Shown piece by piece: positions 14,677 to 27,542 of a DNA stretch of 64,000 nucleotides; position 1 is the first letter of the stretch; the number at the start of each line of letters is the position of its first letter. The notes under the pieces are model-generated. The model ran no database searches and was not told where the DNA came from. It saw nothing but the letters and a program-made list of their open reading frames with translations. This stretch comes from Octopus vulgaris. Taxonomy: Eukaryota. The stretch covers positions 108,314,001 to 108,378,000 of the forward strand of contig OX597816.1 of NCBI GenBank assembly GCA_951406725.2, given 5' to 3'. The translations under genes and the position numbers were made by a program.

Positions 14677-15120
14677 AGACGGCGAGCTGACAGAATCGTT
14701 AGCATGCCGGGTAAGATACTTAGCGGCATTTCGTCCGACTTTACGTTCCGAGTTTAAATTCCGCCGGAGTCGACTTTGCCTCTCATCTTTTCGGGGTCTA
14801 TAAATTAAGTAGAAGTGAAACACTGAGGTGGTCGATGTAATAGACTTGATCCCTTCCCCTAGATTTCAGGCCTTGTACCTTTAGCAGAAAGGATTATTAG
14901 GTAGAACTCTTAGCACAGTCGTTTACCCGTCGGACAAAATGCTAAGTATTCTTTCTTCCGGTTCTTTACGTTCTAAGCTCAAATTCCGCCGAGGTCGACT
15001 TTACCTGTTATCCTTTCGGAATCGATGAAATAATTACCAGTCGATCACTGGAAATGTATCAATATAATCAACTTTGCCCGCCCCTGAAAATCGCTGGCCT
15101 TGTACTAAAATTAGAAAGCA
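14677..15120 (+). mobile_element. Two tandem copies of a second tRNA-derived SINE family (Nin/Deu-domain-like)
   Basis: ggcgagctgacagaatcgttagc head, gagttcaaattcc B box, ctttgcctctcatcttttcggggtctataaattaagta core; other copies near 1-97(-), 9000-9200(+), 25800-25997(-), 46394-46600(+), 60690-60990(+). Confidence 0.7.
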
Positions 15121-15180
15121 TTATTGTGCGGTTGATTGGCAGAGTAATTAGAGAAATAGACAACATAATTGGCAATATTT

Positions 15181-15595
15181 TGGCTGTGTGGTAACAAGTT
15201 TCCTTTCCAACCACATGATTCCTGATTCAGTCCCACAGCATTGCATTTTGGACAAGTGTTCTCTGCTACATCCTCGGGCTGACCAAAGCCGTGTCAGTGT
15301 AGACTTGGTAAATAGAAACTGAAAGAAGCCCGACGTGTGTTGTATATGTGTATGTATGTATCTGTGTGTGCACGCTTGCGTATGTGTTTATCCCTTATTA
15401 CTGCTTGACAACTAGTATGGGTGTGATCAAGTCCTGTAATCTACCGGTTCCGCAATAAGGGACCAATAGAATAAGTACCGGACTGAAGAAAAGAAAATGT
15501 ATTTGGGATCTCGATTTGTTCGAGTAAAATTCTTCAAGCTGGTGTCCAAGCATGGCCACAGTCTATTGACTGAAAGAAGTAAAAGGCAAATGATA
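15181..15595 (+). mobile_element. Same SINE family copy (diverged)
   Basis: tggctgtgtggtaa head, gaaactgaaagaagccc, catggccacag tail. Confidence 0.75.
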
Positions 15596-16187
15596 AATGA
15601 TATTTACTTTCGAATCTTTAAATTCCTGTTTCAGCTTCCGCCCACGTCACCATATAAAAAACGAAAACACATCTGGTGTAAACTCTAGTGCTCTAGGTAA
15701 TGCCTACCGACGCTCATTGAATCACAAAGAGAACAACGTAAACCATATCAGCGCACTTTTCCTTCTAAATCGATCTTTAACATGCTTTCTCTACACAGAA
15801 TCACTAAGAATCACCAGGAATCGCAACATGTCATTTTCACAATATGCCATTTAGGTTAAAGTTACCGATATTTGATTTTCCGAACATGTCATACTGATGT
15901 TCATCCCTGTGAATTTGGATAACAAAAACAAAAAAAATTAGATACAAATACAAATACCCCGTAAGTTACCTTTCACATACCTGCTTTTAGTTCAATAAAA
16001 GAATTCGCGGATACTACGTTCTATAAAAATCAATAAGAAATTCTAGAAGAAAAATGCAAGGAAATGTTTGATAAAGTAAGATAATGCGTGCTGAAGAATT
16101 CTGTTTAGATTAGGATATTTAAACCAACAAACAAACAAACATAATTTTTGAAAAAATGATTTTTCTTTCTCTTTTTTATTTATTGAT

Positions 16188-16550
16188 GTAGGCACAGGTA
16201 TGGCTATGTGTTTAAGAAGCTGGTTTCTCGACTACGTAGTTTCAGGTTCAGCCCCACTGCATGGCACCTTGGGAAAATGTCTTCTACTATAGTTCCGGAT
16301 CCATCAAGGCCTTTTGGGTGGATTTGGTAGACGGGAACTGTGTTTCTGTGTTTGCCCTACACACTGCCTGATAAACGGTGATGGTTTGTTTATGTCCCCA
16401 TGACCTAGAAATTCGGCAAACAAACTGATAGAATAAGTACCAGGCTTAAAAAATAAGTACTGGCGGTGATATGTTCATCTGAGCTCTCTTCAAAGCGGTG
16501 CCCCAGCGTCACCAGAAACCAATGACTAGAACAAGTAAAAGATAAAAGAT
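16188..16550 (+). mobile_element. Same SINE family copy (diverged)
   Basis: ggcaccttggg CORE-like segment, gatagaataagtacc, acaagtaaaaga tail. Confidence 0.75.
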
Positions 16551-16695
16551 ACCAAATTATATATTAGCCGATGTTAGTTATGAGAATCTTCTAAAGATAA
16601 ACGAGTTGCTAAAGAGAAACAACACAGAAATTCATGTTTTACATTAAATAAAAGCAAACTATATGATATTGCTGAATGTAATCAAATATATACCT

Positions 16696-16740
<45 letters not shown>

Positions 16741-17123
16741 TTCATTTACTCACTTACGCATTTTACATATGTGTGTACATGAATTTATAGGTATATGTAT
16801 AAGTGTTTATATACATCTGTTTGTGCATGCGTGTGTGCGAGTGTATGTGTGTGTGCGTGTGTGTGTGAGCGTGCGTGTGTTTGTGTGTATGTTCGTTTGT
16901 GTTATGACTTTTGTCTCCGGGGAAACAAGTGTTGTATCATATAGCCATGTTGTGTAAAGACAGTAAGCAAGAAAACACTAATTATATAGATTGATTTATT
17001 TCTTAGAATGAATAACTGAGATCACCTGTTCCAAACCACTTTCTCATTCTTTCTCCTCCTTCTCTTTCTCCTGCTCCCTCCCTCACTTCTCTCTCTTTTC
17101 CTATATATATATATATATAATAT

Positions 17124-17356
17124 TCTTTTACTTGTTTCAGTCATTTGGCTGCAGCCATGCTGAAGCACCGCCTTTAGTCGAACAAATTGACCCCAGGATT
17201 TCTTCTTTGTAAGCCTAGTACAGTTAAGTTACGGGAACGTAAACACAACAACATCGGTTGTCAAGAGATGGTGAGAGGACAAGCACAGACACAAGGCTTC
17301 GGGCGGACTGAACCCGCAACCATGTAGTTGGGAAACAAGCTTCTTACCATACAGCT
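17124..17356 (-). mobile_element. Same SINE family, deleted copy
   Basis: cttttacttgtttcagtcatttg...ggactgaaccc. Confidence 0.75.
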
Positions 17357-17825
17357 ATATCTATATGTATACATACATACGCGTACGCACACATATACAT
17401 GAGTGTGTGAGCGCGCGCGGGTATATAATTTAGTTTGGTGTTCCGTCATTGGACTTTGCAATTGCACTGGAAAACTGCCTTCAATGGATTTTACTTGGAC
17501 ATACCGATCCCAGAATTTATTTCGGTTTGGTAATCTTTTATCAAACACTGTTTAACCGAATCGTGTATTATCTTTTGATGTATAGAAACAATAGTCTACG
17601 CAGCTACATACAAATATAGTACACACACGCTCACATACACACACACGCTATATATATATATATATATACATACATAATACATACATACATATATATACAT
17701 ACATACATACATACATACATACATACATACATACATACATACATACATACATACATGCACGTGAGTACGAGTAACCGACAATCCTAGGCAAATATATCTT
17801 TGCTCCATACTTTTACCACGAGCAG

Positions 17826-18212
17826 TGGAGGCGCAATGGCCCAGTGGTTAGGGCAGCGGACTCGCGGTCGTAGGATCGCGGTTTCGATTCCCAGACCGGG
17901 CGTTGTGAGTGTTTATTGAGCGAAAACACCTAAAAGCTCCACGAGGCTCCGGCAGGGGATGGTGGTGATCCCTGCTGTACTCTTTCGAAACAACTGTCTC
18001 TCACTCTTACTTCCTGTGTCTGTTATACCTGTATTTCAAAGGGCCGGCCTTGTCACTCTCTGTGTCACGCTGAATATCCCCGAGAACTACGTTAAGGGTA
18101 CACGTGTCTGTGGAGTGCTCAGCCACTTACACGTTAATTTCACGAGCAGGCTGTTCCGTTGATTCGTATCAAGCGGAACCCTCATCGTCGTAACCGACGG
18201 AGTGCTTCCATC
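17826..18212 (+). mobile_element. Apparently full-length tRNA-derived SINE
   Basis: A box TGGCCCAGTGG, B box GGTTTCGATTCC, ~300-bp non-tRNA body, (CATA)n/(TA)n tail. Confidence 0.8.
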
Positions 18213-18216
18213 CACA

Positions 18217-18277
<61 letters not shown>

Positions 18278-18479
18278 CATGCAAGATGATTAGAATCACC
18301 AGATACAATGATTTCGTTGCCAGTCGGGGGAAAATGTCATTTCTGATATTCTTAAAGAAAGGAGATATAAAGATTCTTCCGTTGAATGGAAAGTAGGTGT
18401 ATGAAACAGATGCCCGCAAAATCGGTCTTTCACACTAGACGGTAACTTATCCAGTTTATCATATTGATTGCAAAGCCAA

Positions 18480-19157
18480 TACTAACCTCTAATTTTTGAC
18501 ATCTGCCATTTTACCAATTCCAAATAAGCGATAACAAAAGAAGCGCTAAGTACACCAATCATTATTGGTATAAACGTAAATTTGCAATCCGGATATAGAA
18601 GCTGGAATTTTCGAAGCAGTTGTCTATAGTCGTCTTCTTCCTCTTTCAACGAGATATTCTCATCAACAGGACAGCTGTCCTCTATGACGGTACATACTTA
18701 TTCTTGTCTATCCCAAACAGTAATAACCGGCCTGTTACGCTCACACTTGAGAGATGATTTTATGGGGATGTTCCACCAGTATTTCTTGTACTGATATTTG
18801 TGTATAGTTGTTCTAGGACAGTCTTTATTTTTGATGGCAATGGATATTGTTTTAGCGACAACGTCGTGTCGCATAGGGAGGTAATACCTTGATGAAATTT
18901 TGGGGCAGTTGCTACTCACTTGTATAATACCTTCCACAGAAAGATGACATAATTACCAATTTCGGTTGCATGTTACAGCTCCAAGGGCTTCACTGTTTCT
19001 TGGGTATTTTGTAGCAATCTCCTGTTCTTGGATTGCAAATGAATAGCAATCGAAGTGTGGTGTAATGTAGCAGTCATGAGTCCAAGAGAGGCTTCGTTTC
19101 TTGTCAATGTTACTGTCTTCTTCGAGTCTTCGGGAAACATAACCATTCATGGTCATT
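18480..19157 (-). mobile_element. R4/Dong-like non-LTR retrotransposon 3' fragment (RLE domain), decayed
   Basis: IDKKRSLSW, FAIQEQEIATKY, SNCP..RYYLPMRHDVVAKTI, YWWNIPI..NRP, FIPIMIG motifs across broken frames. Confidence 0.75.
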
Positions 19158-19649
19158 TGTGTGTGTGTATGTATGTATGTATGTATATATGTGTGTGTAT
19201 GTATGTATGTATGTATGTATGTATGTATGTATGTAGTTCATAAAGGAGATCCAGATGTTCTCCGTATAGAATACACTTCGTAGTGCTCAAAATATTCAAA
19301 CTTGAGCGCGTATAGAAGCAAATGAAGGGATAAGCAAATGAGAGAGGTCAATATATAAAGTATATTAAATACATGAAATAGAAAATATGTATATGTATAC
19401 ATATAAAAGGGTCCAACTTACAGAGAGTACAAATGATAGATTAATTCCATCAGAGAATGCGCCCGTAAAGATACATTTAACATAGAATGAGACGAGCCTC
19501 CCTCTTCGGAGAAGAGATCTTACAGCTGAGATCTTAAAGCAGAAAAGTTCACAGATCTATCTAATTTGCTCATCCCCACATTTGCTTCTTTGTATGTATG
19601 TATGTATGTATGTATGTATGTATGTATGTATGTATGTATGTATGTATGC

Positions 19650-20072
19650 ATGCATGGCCGGGTCGTCGGCGACTTGAGCAGTCAACGGCCATCCAACAAT
19701 ATGGGTACATATGTATGTGCAGGGACATGCATATACCAGGGTTGGTGTCCAGGTGTGCGGTTGGCCCACTGGGAGTGGAAAGCCCCACTGCTGTTGTCAC
19801 AACATCTCTCTAGGAGAGGGAAACCCTGACAGAAAAACTGCGACCCTGACAATATTCGATGATGTAGACAAGTTCGTTTATTTGAGCTTATGTTGTCCAT
19901 GTCCAGAGAGTGGGATTTGAGCAACTCATTTTCTCGCCATAAAATTTCATCATGCACAGGCATCACTTGAAAAAGCTGAGACCTATCACAAAAATGGTCG
20001 GTCGTAGCCTTCGCTTGAGTGGGACTTTCTATGAGGCGTAGGGAATACTCGAACTCGAGCTTGCAGCCATCA
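19650..20072 (+). repeat. GC-richer insert between (TATG)n arrays, possibly an RTE-like 5' UTR
   Basis: contains tctaggagagggaaaccctga, resembling a recurrent RTE 5'-UTR motif (from memory); no ORF. Confidence 0.3.
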
Positions 20073-20444
20073 TGTATGTATGTACGTCTGCATTCGTGTA
20101 TTGATATCTTATGACAAACATTTTACATATTTCTGTAGCATAAATCTATCTGTATATAACTTTGCTAAACTTATCTCAAAGATTAATTACGCTTAACACC
20201 GATGATCACCTTCTGCTTGCATTACTAATACTTCGAATAATTACATTTGTAGCTTTGATCTCTATGATAATTATTTGTTGATTTTTTTTTTTTTTCATTT
20301 CTTTTTCTTCCTTTTAAAGAATTTTCTCGTTTTGAATGAAAATATATCTCTAGTGTGTCTGAAACATATATACATACGTATATGTATGTATATATTTACA
20401 TACGTTTGCATATGCATGTCAGTGCGTGTGTGTGTGTAAGTATG

Positions 20445-20448
20445 TATA

Positions 20449-20542
<94 letters not shown>

Positions 20543-20784
20543 ATATATATATTCATTATTATATGTAGGAATGTTTGTATAGATTCTATATATATGACAC
20601 ACTCACGCGAATAATATGTATGCATGTATGTGTGTATGTATGTATGTATGCATGTTTGTATGTATGTATGTATATGTATATATATGTATGTATATGTATA
20701 TGTATATATATATGTATATATATATATGTATATATATGTATGTATATATGTATATATGTATGTATATATGTATATATATATATG

Positions 20785-20841
<57 letters not shown>

Positions 20842-20886
20842 GTATATATATGTATATATATATGTATATATATGTATATATATATA
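20445..20886. repeat. (TA)n/(TATG)n low-complexity block, representative of dozens in the window
   Basis: direct reading; other large blocks at 1150-1275, 1625-1830, 30590-31165, 48522-48660, 49800-50330. Confidence 0.97.
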
Positions 20887-21085
20887 AAGTTAATCCAAAC
20901 AAGAAAGCACAAAAAAAACACAACAACGCGAGGATGTGGAACAAATATAGTATTATTGGACGCTCAGGAAAGAAAGAAAGAAGGAGGGTATAACGTTTCG
21001 AGCGGAGCTCTTCGTCAGAAGCATAGAAGAAGGAAAGATCCAGAGAAGGGAAGACTCAGGGAAAAAAATCGCCAACGGTACACCG
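20885..21085 (-). mobile_element. PLE pLTR copy with HHR-like motif (20988-21022)
   Basis: reverse complement: CUGACGA-A-GAGC(ucc)GCUC-GAAACGUUA; diverged inverted homologue of 22590-22772. Confidence 0.7.
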
Positions 21086-21159
21086 GAAAGAAAAGGGTGA
21101 AGAAAGATGTTTTCAAAGACAGAAGAGTAGTATTGTCAAAGACAGCAGAATGATAGAGG

Positions 21160-22136
21160 GGGGAATGTGTGTGTAAGTGTGGATATGTGCGGCGCTGAGG
21201 TCTGCGTGTGCGTGTGTGTGTGTGTATGTGTGCAATGATGACATGTGAGTGTGTGTGTGTGCGTGTGTGTGTGTATGTGTGTGTGGTTGTGGCTGTAAAC
21301 AAAGGGCTAGTACTAAGGCTAGTAGTATGCTAGTTTGTAGGGCTAGTAGAATAAGGAGTGGTGTTTTTTGTCCCTGCCACAGGTCAGTACTGTTACTTTG
21401 AAGTATGTGTGTGTGTGCGTGTATGTATATGTATCGTGTGTGTGTTTTGTTTGTAGTGTGTGTATGTATGTGTGTGTTCGTGTGTGCATGCGTAGAGTTT
21501 GGGTGTGTGGCGAATAACTGTGCTTTACTTAGTGTATGTGTTCGTGTGTGCTTGTACGTGCGTATGTGTGTATACATGTATGTATAATTGTGTGCGTGTA
21601 TGTATAATTGTGTGCCGTGTGTATGGGATGTATGTGTGGGTTCATTTGTGTGTGTGTATGTATGTGCGTGCGTGTCGTATGTGCGTGTAGTTGTGTGTGC
21701 GTCTACGTGTGCGTTTGTATGTGTGTGTAAGCGTATATGGATGTATATGCGTGTATCCGTGGGGTTGTGAGTTTTGGCTGTGTGCATTGTTGTGCGTGTG
21801 TGCGTGCGTATGTGTGCGCATGTGTGTGTGTGCCTATATGTGTATACATATGTGTATGTGTGTGTGCACGTGTAGGCATATATTGTGTGTATGTATATGT
21901 ATCGGTGTGTATGTGAATTTGTGTATGCTTGTGGGGGGTGTAGTTGTGTGGGCGTAATGTGCGTGCGTGTGCTTGTGTGCGTGTGTGCGCTTACGTGCGT
22001 GTATGTGTGTGTGTGTCTGTGCCCATGTGTGTATAAGTGTGTGCGTATCTGTATGAGTATTATTTGTTGGAGGTATACGTGGGCATCTGTGCTGGTGTGT
22101 GTGTATGTACGTGTGTATGTGTGTGTGCGTGTATTG

Positions 22137-22180
<44 letters not shown>

Positions 22181-22225
22181 CGTGCGTGCGAGTGAATGTA
22201 TGTATACATGTGCGTGTGTGTAAAA
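21160..22225. repeat. Degenerate (TG)-rich low-complexity tract
   Basis: ~1 kb of strand-asymmetric TG-rich sequence following the pLTR at 20885. Confidence 0.85.
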
Positions 22226-22281
22226 TGTAGAGGTTTATATGTGTGTATATATATGTATATATATATATGTGCGTGTATATG

Positions 22282-22312
<31 letters not shown>

Positions 22313-22348
22313 GTATATGTATATGTATATATATAATATAGTATTATG

Positions 22349-22456
<108 letters not shown>

Positions 22457-22589
22457 ATAAACTTAGATATGTTTCGAGCAAAGATTGGTCCAGGCCATGT
22501 CTAACTTAATAGCACCACCTGATAGGATTTTCTAAATCCTTTTTAAGTCAAGTTTTGTGGTATCATAGTCCATTCAAGTAGTGAGTCTT

Positions 22590-22772
22590 TTTCTCCGGCT
22601 TCCCTTCCTTGGATCTTTCCTTTTTCTATGTTTCTGACGAAGAGCTCCGCTTGAAACGTTAAATCTTCCTTCCTTCTTTCCTTTCCTGAACGTCCAATAA
22701 CACTATACTTGTACCACGTCCTCGCGTTGTTGTGTTTTTCCTTGTTCATGTTTGGATTAACTATATAGGTGG
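22590..22772 (+). mobile_element. PLE pLTR copy with HHR-like motif (22630-22664)
   Basis: guuu-CUGACGA-A-GAGC(ucc)GCUU-GAAAC-GUU-aaau; palindromic AACGUU. Confidence 0.7.
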
Positions 22773-22774
22773 CT

Positions 22775-24110
22775 TATCTGGTATCCCTTGAAGAAATTTG
22801 TCCAGACTCTCTATGTATGGGATATTCCATTTTGGGGCAATGAGTGATGGGTTGATGCCATGTACATTTAATGGGAATGTCGAAGTAAGGGTAGTTTGAT
22901 GTCTGCATTGTTCTAAGAGCTCAGCGTTATGTTTTATGTTGTTCAGAGGTAGCAATGAGGGTAGTTTTTGTATGGAGTTATGTGTGTGTGTGATTTACTA
23001 GTTGGTGGTGGGGGTGTTCCTTGTGTTTTGGATCTCCTGGTTTAGGTCGGCCTTCATATTTTCTAGATAAGTTAGTAAAAAAGAGTTTCCTCTTTGGTTT
23101 GCCACTTTGTCAGATGATACATAGTTAATTTTTATGTTATTTCGTGTTATGGTTTTTTCATAGTTTTGTCTTCGTTGTTTGGTTGTAGGAGGTGAAATGT
23201 GGTTGTATTTTGTTTTTATTGTTGTGTTGTTGTTGTAGGTCTCCTCTATTGCTGTTTATATTTATTTTGCGGTCGTTTTGTGCCCTTCGGATGGTAGTGG
23301 TTGCATTCTGGTTTCAAGCACATCCTTAGTGACACAGAAGTTTTGGCACAGTTTAGGATGGAAGAAGGTGTATCCATTGCCTTTTGTGCATCCATATTTA
23401 GGATCAGGGCCATGGACTCCGTATTTATGATAGTATTTGGGGCGGAGGTGAGGGCAGTTTTTTCCTGTTATACCATATGGACAGGTGCCCTTAACAAGTC
23501 TACAGCATAAGGTAGGATGGAAAAAAACACAGTATCCCTTGTTGTTGGTGCCACTGGGCCAAATCTACAGTTATCTTGAGAATTGTAACGACAGGGTTTT
23601 TGACGTGGGCATAGAGGTTTTTCTATATTGGCAGGCTCATTGGTCAGTGGCTGTAGTGGAAATGAAACTTGACTTGCAACAGTAGGGCTGGGTGGAATCA
23701 GATCAGATACTGGTGCCAAACAAGGTGCTTCCAATGAAGTAGCAGTAGCAGGCTGTTGTTGTTGCGATAGTGAGTCCTGGGTTGCCACGGTAGTGTTTGG
23801 TGGAATTAGGTTAGATAGCGATATCAAGGAGGATGTTGTTTGTTACTGGTTAACGGGTCGTTGAAGTGACCCCTGACCTTTTGACATTGGGTCAGTTGGT
23901 GCGCTAAGTCCGTTGATAAGTATGGCTTCCAGTGTTACCATGTGCGTGTGTAAAGGGGTCTAGTTTTAGAACTAATATTGCGTTTGTTTTGGTTTATATT
24001 TGTTTCTCCAGGTTGTATATAAATTTGTGTAAATTTATCCTCCGCTAATAGTAAAATAGTAGAATAGTAGAATTCAAGGTAAGTTACTGCTGTTTGAGTT
24101 GAAATCTCTT
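22775..24110 (-). mobile_element. Internally deleted LINE (CCCH-finger ORF1 remnant joined to ORF2 terminus)
   Basis: PCRYNSQDNCRFG, GCTKGNGYTFFHPKLC, CNHYHP motifs, then LDKFLQGIPDKP, typical of LINE ORF2 ends. Confidence 0.55.
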
Positions 24111-24251
24111 TATATATATATATATATATATATATTACATATTACATATAATACATATATGTATATATCTGTTTGTGCATCATAATATATGAATATGTGC
24201 ATTATAATATATATGATCATATATCTACGTGTGTTCATCTATCTATCTATT

Positions 24252-24311
<60 letters not shown>

Positions 24312-24671
24312 GTGCGTATGCATACATGGATATATACATGTGTATGTGCGAGTGTGTACTTACACACACACTCAATGCCTATATGAATTAAATAACCGGA
24401 AAGAGTGATCTCAAATACAACAATAGAAATATAGAATCTTCACACCCGCGCCAGACGACTTCATGATGCAAAGCCTAATCACCTTGTAACCTGACAGTTA
24501 TTTGTTTTATGGGGTTTCTGCATGGCAAAATACAGTGAATGGCTTGTTTATAAGTCTGAACGTGCTACTACTTGCATATTCGAACTGGTAATAATATTGC
24601 AGCTATTTATTTAACCAACATGCATTGAATACATCTTTAATGTCTGTATTTTTTTTCTTCTATTTTAACAG

Positions 24672-24716
24672 GACGAACGAAATCAGGTTTTAACAACCAA
24701 CATTTGGTTAGATCAG
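24672..24716 (+). CDS. nAChR alpha subunit, 45-nt mini-exon (DERNQVLTTNIWLDQ; loop D Trp)
   Basis: tattttaacag|GACGAACGA...GATCAG|gtaagt; phase 0/0; matches the DEKNQVLTTNIWL motif and 45-nt length of alpha7-type exon 3; not translated in this frame in the ORF track. Confidence 0.93.
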
Positions 24717-24768
24717 GTAAGTTAGTAGTTTTACGTACTTTAAGACGCATTTTTGTCGTTGCTGCTGT

Positions 24769-24799
<31 letters not shown>

Positions 24800-24912
24800 G
24801 CTGTTTGTTGCTGTTCTTGCTGCTGTTTGTTACTACACATGATGGTCTGCTTTGTTGTTGCCTCTTCTGGAGCCATATCGACATTTTATTTTGTTATACT
24901 ATTTTTTCTTGC

Positions 24913-24950
<38 letters not shown>

Positions 24951-27542
24951 TTCTCTCTCTCCCTCTCTCTTTCTCCCTCATTCCGTCTAAATCTGTCCTC
25001 TTTCTCCCCTATGTATGTAGGATATGTTTATCTCTCCATACTCATCTCTCTTCCTTCCCCTCTCTCTCTCTCTCTCTCTCTTTCGATATATATATTTCTC
25101 TCATTCCTACTTTTTAAATCTATCTCTTACATTTCTTTTTAAGTTTTCTTCTTTGTATTCGTCTAACTGCCTCACTAATAGTATTTCTTACCTTCACTGC
25201 CTTGCTGTCAAAGTCTTGCAATTCATTATTCAATTAATCAATCATTCAATCAATTAATCAATCAATCAATTCATTAAACCCTTATTATTTAATTATCTCA
25301 CGCACTTTTGATAACTACGATTCCTGATATTTACTCATTCCCCTCTTTCTTTTTCATATTTGCTTGTGCTGTCTAATTTTTTGTTTGTTTTATTAATTCT
25401 CTCCTCACTTTGACCGTTGTCTTCCTGCTAAAATTTTTATTACTCCTTATCCCCCACCCCCACCCCGCACACTTCTCTTTGTTCTTCACTATTAATTTTT
25501 TCTGTCTTTTCTCACCACTTCCAATCCATTTGTTCGGCACAACTACTAATAAGCTTTAAACTTCTCTTCTTCCTCACGGCAACATAACTAATTCTACTTT
25601 GAGAACTTTTTGCATGATACAGTCAAACTGTGAACTTCTAAACAGAAGTATCTACTAATTGGTGATGAGAGTAAACAGTTTCTACTCTATTACTCGAGCG
25701 AACATATTTCTAATGGCTACACTGGTAAACTACTCCTTCTTATACTTGTTGACCGTCGCGTCTAATCTGATCGAGTAAACCTATAATCTCTCCCAATATT
25801 ATAGGCACAATGCCTAAAGTTTTAGCGGAGGCGCTGGTCGACTGCAACCATCCCGGGGCTCGACTTGAACTTATTTTATCGACCCCTAAAGGATGAAAGG
25901 CAAAGACGACCACGGCGAACTCGGAATGTAAAGACGAAAGAAACGCTGCCATGCATTTTGTCTTGCATGCTAACCATTCTACCAGCTCACCACCTTATGA
26001 GCAGACCTGTAATGAAAAAGTGTCCGATCGTGACTATCCTTAGCTCTTTTTCTCGAGTACAGTTTATCTAAGACTACAGCATCCAATGTGTCCTTGTCTG
26101 TTTTTAGGACCGCCGATTATTATTTAAGGGTACTGATTCTAGCAGTCCCAATCACCATATTGAATTCCTTTCTTGAGTCATGTGGCTGATAACGATGCTT
26201 CAGTAGTGACCAAGATTGAGAAGATTTTTGAAACAAAATCGCTTCACACATAACAAACCCATTTTATTGTATTTTCAAACGGTGCACCGCCAACTCACTT
26301 CTCCAATATGTTCGCTATTTTCTTAAAGCAATGGTGTTTGAGCGTATGGACATATGGTTGATATTTGTAGCGCTCCGATCGACAAGAGAGAGAAAGAGAG
26401 TTCAGCGTTACCCAGTTTATTGTTGATTTTCTTGTTGCTGCTGTTGTTTAGCCACAGGTCAGTCTTGGATGAGTAGAACTATAACTAAAATCATTCAATT
26501 CGGCTGTGATCTTCTACGCGTTTTTAAAGTATATTCAATAATACATCATTCTGTTTACATATCTTCCTCCCACTTTTTATGGCAAAAAGGACTTTATTTG
26601 CAGGAAATTTGTATGCCATTTCCTGCAGGTCAAGCATTGTACACACTATTGTATATACTGTTGGTTTTAATTGCTGTTATTTTGCCAGTTTCCCACTCAA
26701 TAAACAAACTTATGGTTCTTTCTTAGACACTGAGCAACAAGGACAACATTAAAGTGGTGGATAAATCTCTCTGAAAGACTTTGAGATGTATCATTTCTAA
26801 GGACAATATAATTCAATATGTTCATTTTTAACATGATAGGGAATAATTTCAAGGAAATTTAACTGTTTCTTCGTGTATAGTAGGATAGCAAAGTTAGGTA
26901 TCTCGACGACGATCATAGAATAAAAACCGTAGACACTTCTGCTAGTAAATTAGACATTCAACAATTCTTCTTTTCAACTAATTTTTATTTTTACTCTCTT
27001 TCTAAATATAGAGTTTCCTTCGGGCGAAATCAGTCAGTTAACCATACCGTCTGGGTTTTAATCTAACATTGTTAATTAGGCAACTGTAATGAAATCGGCA
27101 GCGTAATAGAGTTTCAAAAACTAACAAGCTATTCTCTCGGGATGCGATTTGAACTGCAGTCTCTCCCTAACATTATCTTTCAATCTCTCTCTCTCTCTTT
27201 CTCTTTCTCTCCTTCTCTCCCCCCCTCTCTCTCTCTCTTCTTGATGATCGGTTTATCTATACTAGCCGTTGCTGCAGCTGCAAGAAACAAGATTTTGACA
27301 AGAAAGATTAATAATGTCACAAAACTTAGAAGCATTGCTGCTTTTACTACTGATTTTTGCAAGATAAAATGTAAGTGAAAGCATGTATGTATGTACGCAT
27401 GTACGTATATGTATGTACATATGAGTGCGTGTGTGCCTGCATGCGTGAATGTATGTGTGTGTATGTGTTTCTGAATATATAGAGAGACAGATAGACAGAC
27501 AAAGAGATGTATATAGGTATATGCATATATATATATATATAT

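Noticed and set aside
17826-17900. tRNA gene
   Set aside because: A/B boxes run into a long SINE body and tail; no clean acceptor stem or poly-T terminator.
19655-19830. HDV-like ribozyme at a putative RTE 5' end
   Set aside because: Only a simple ggccg/cggcc hairpin is visible; the nested double pseudoknot could not be built by eye.
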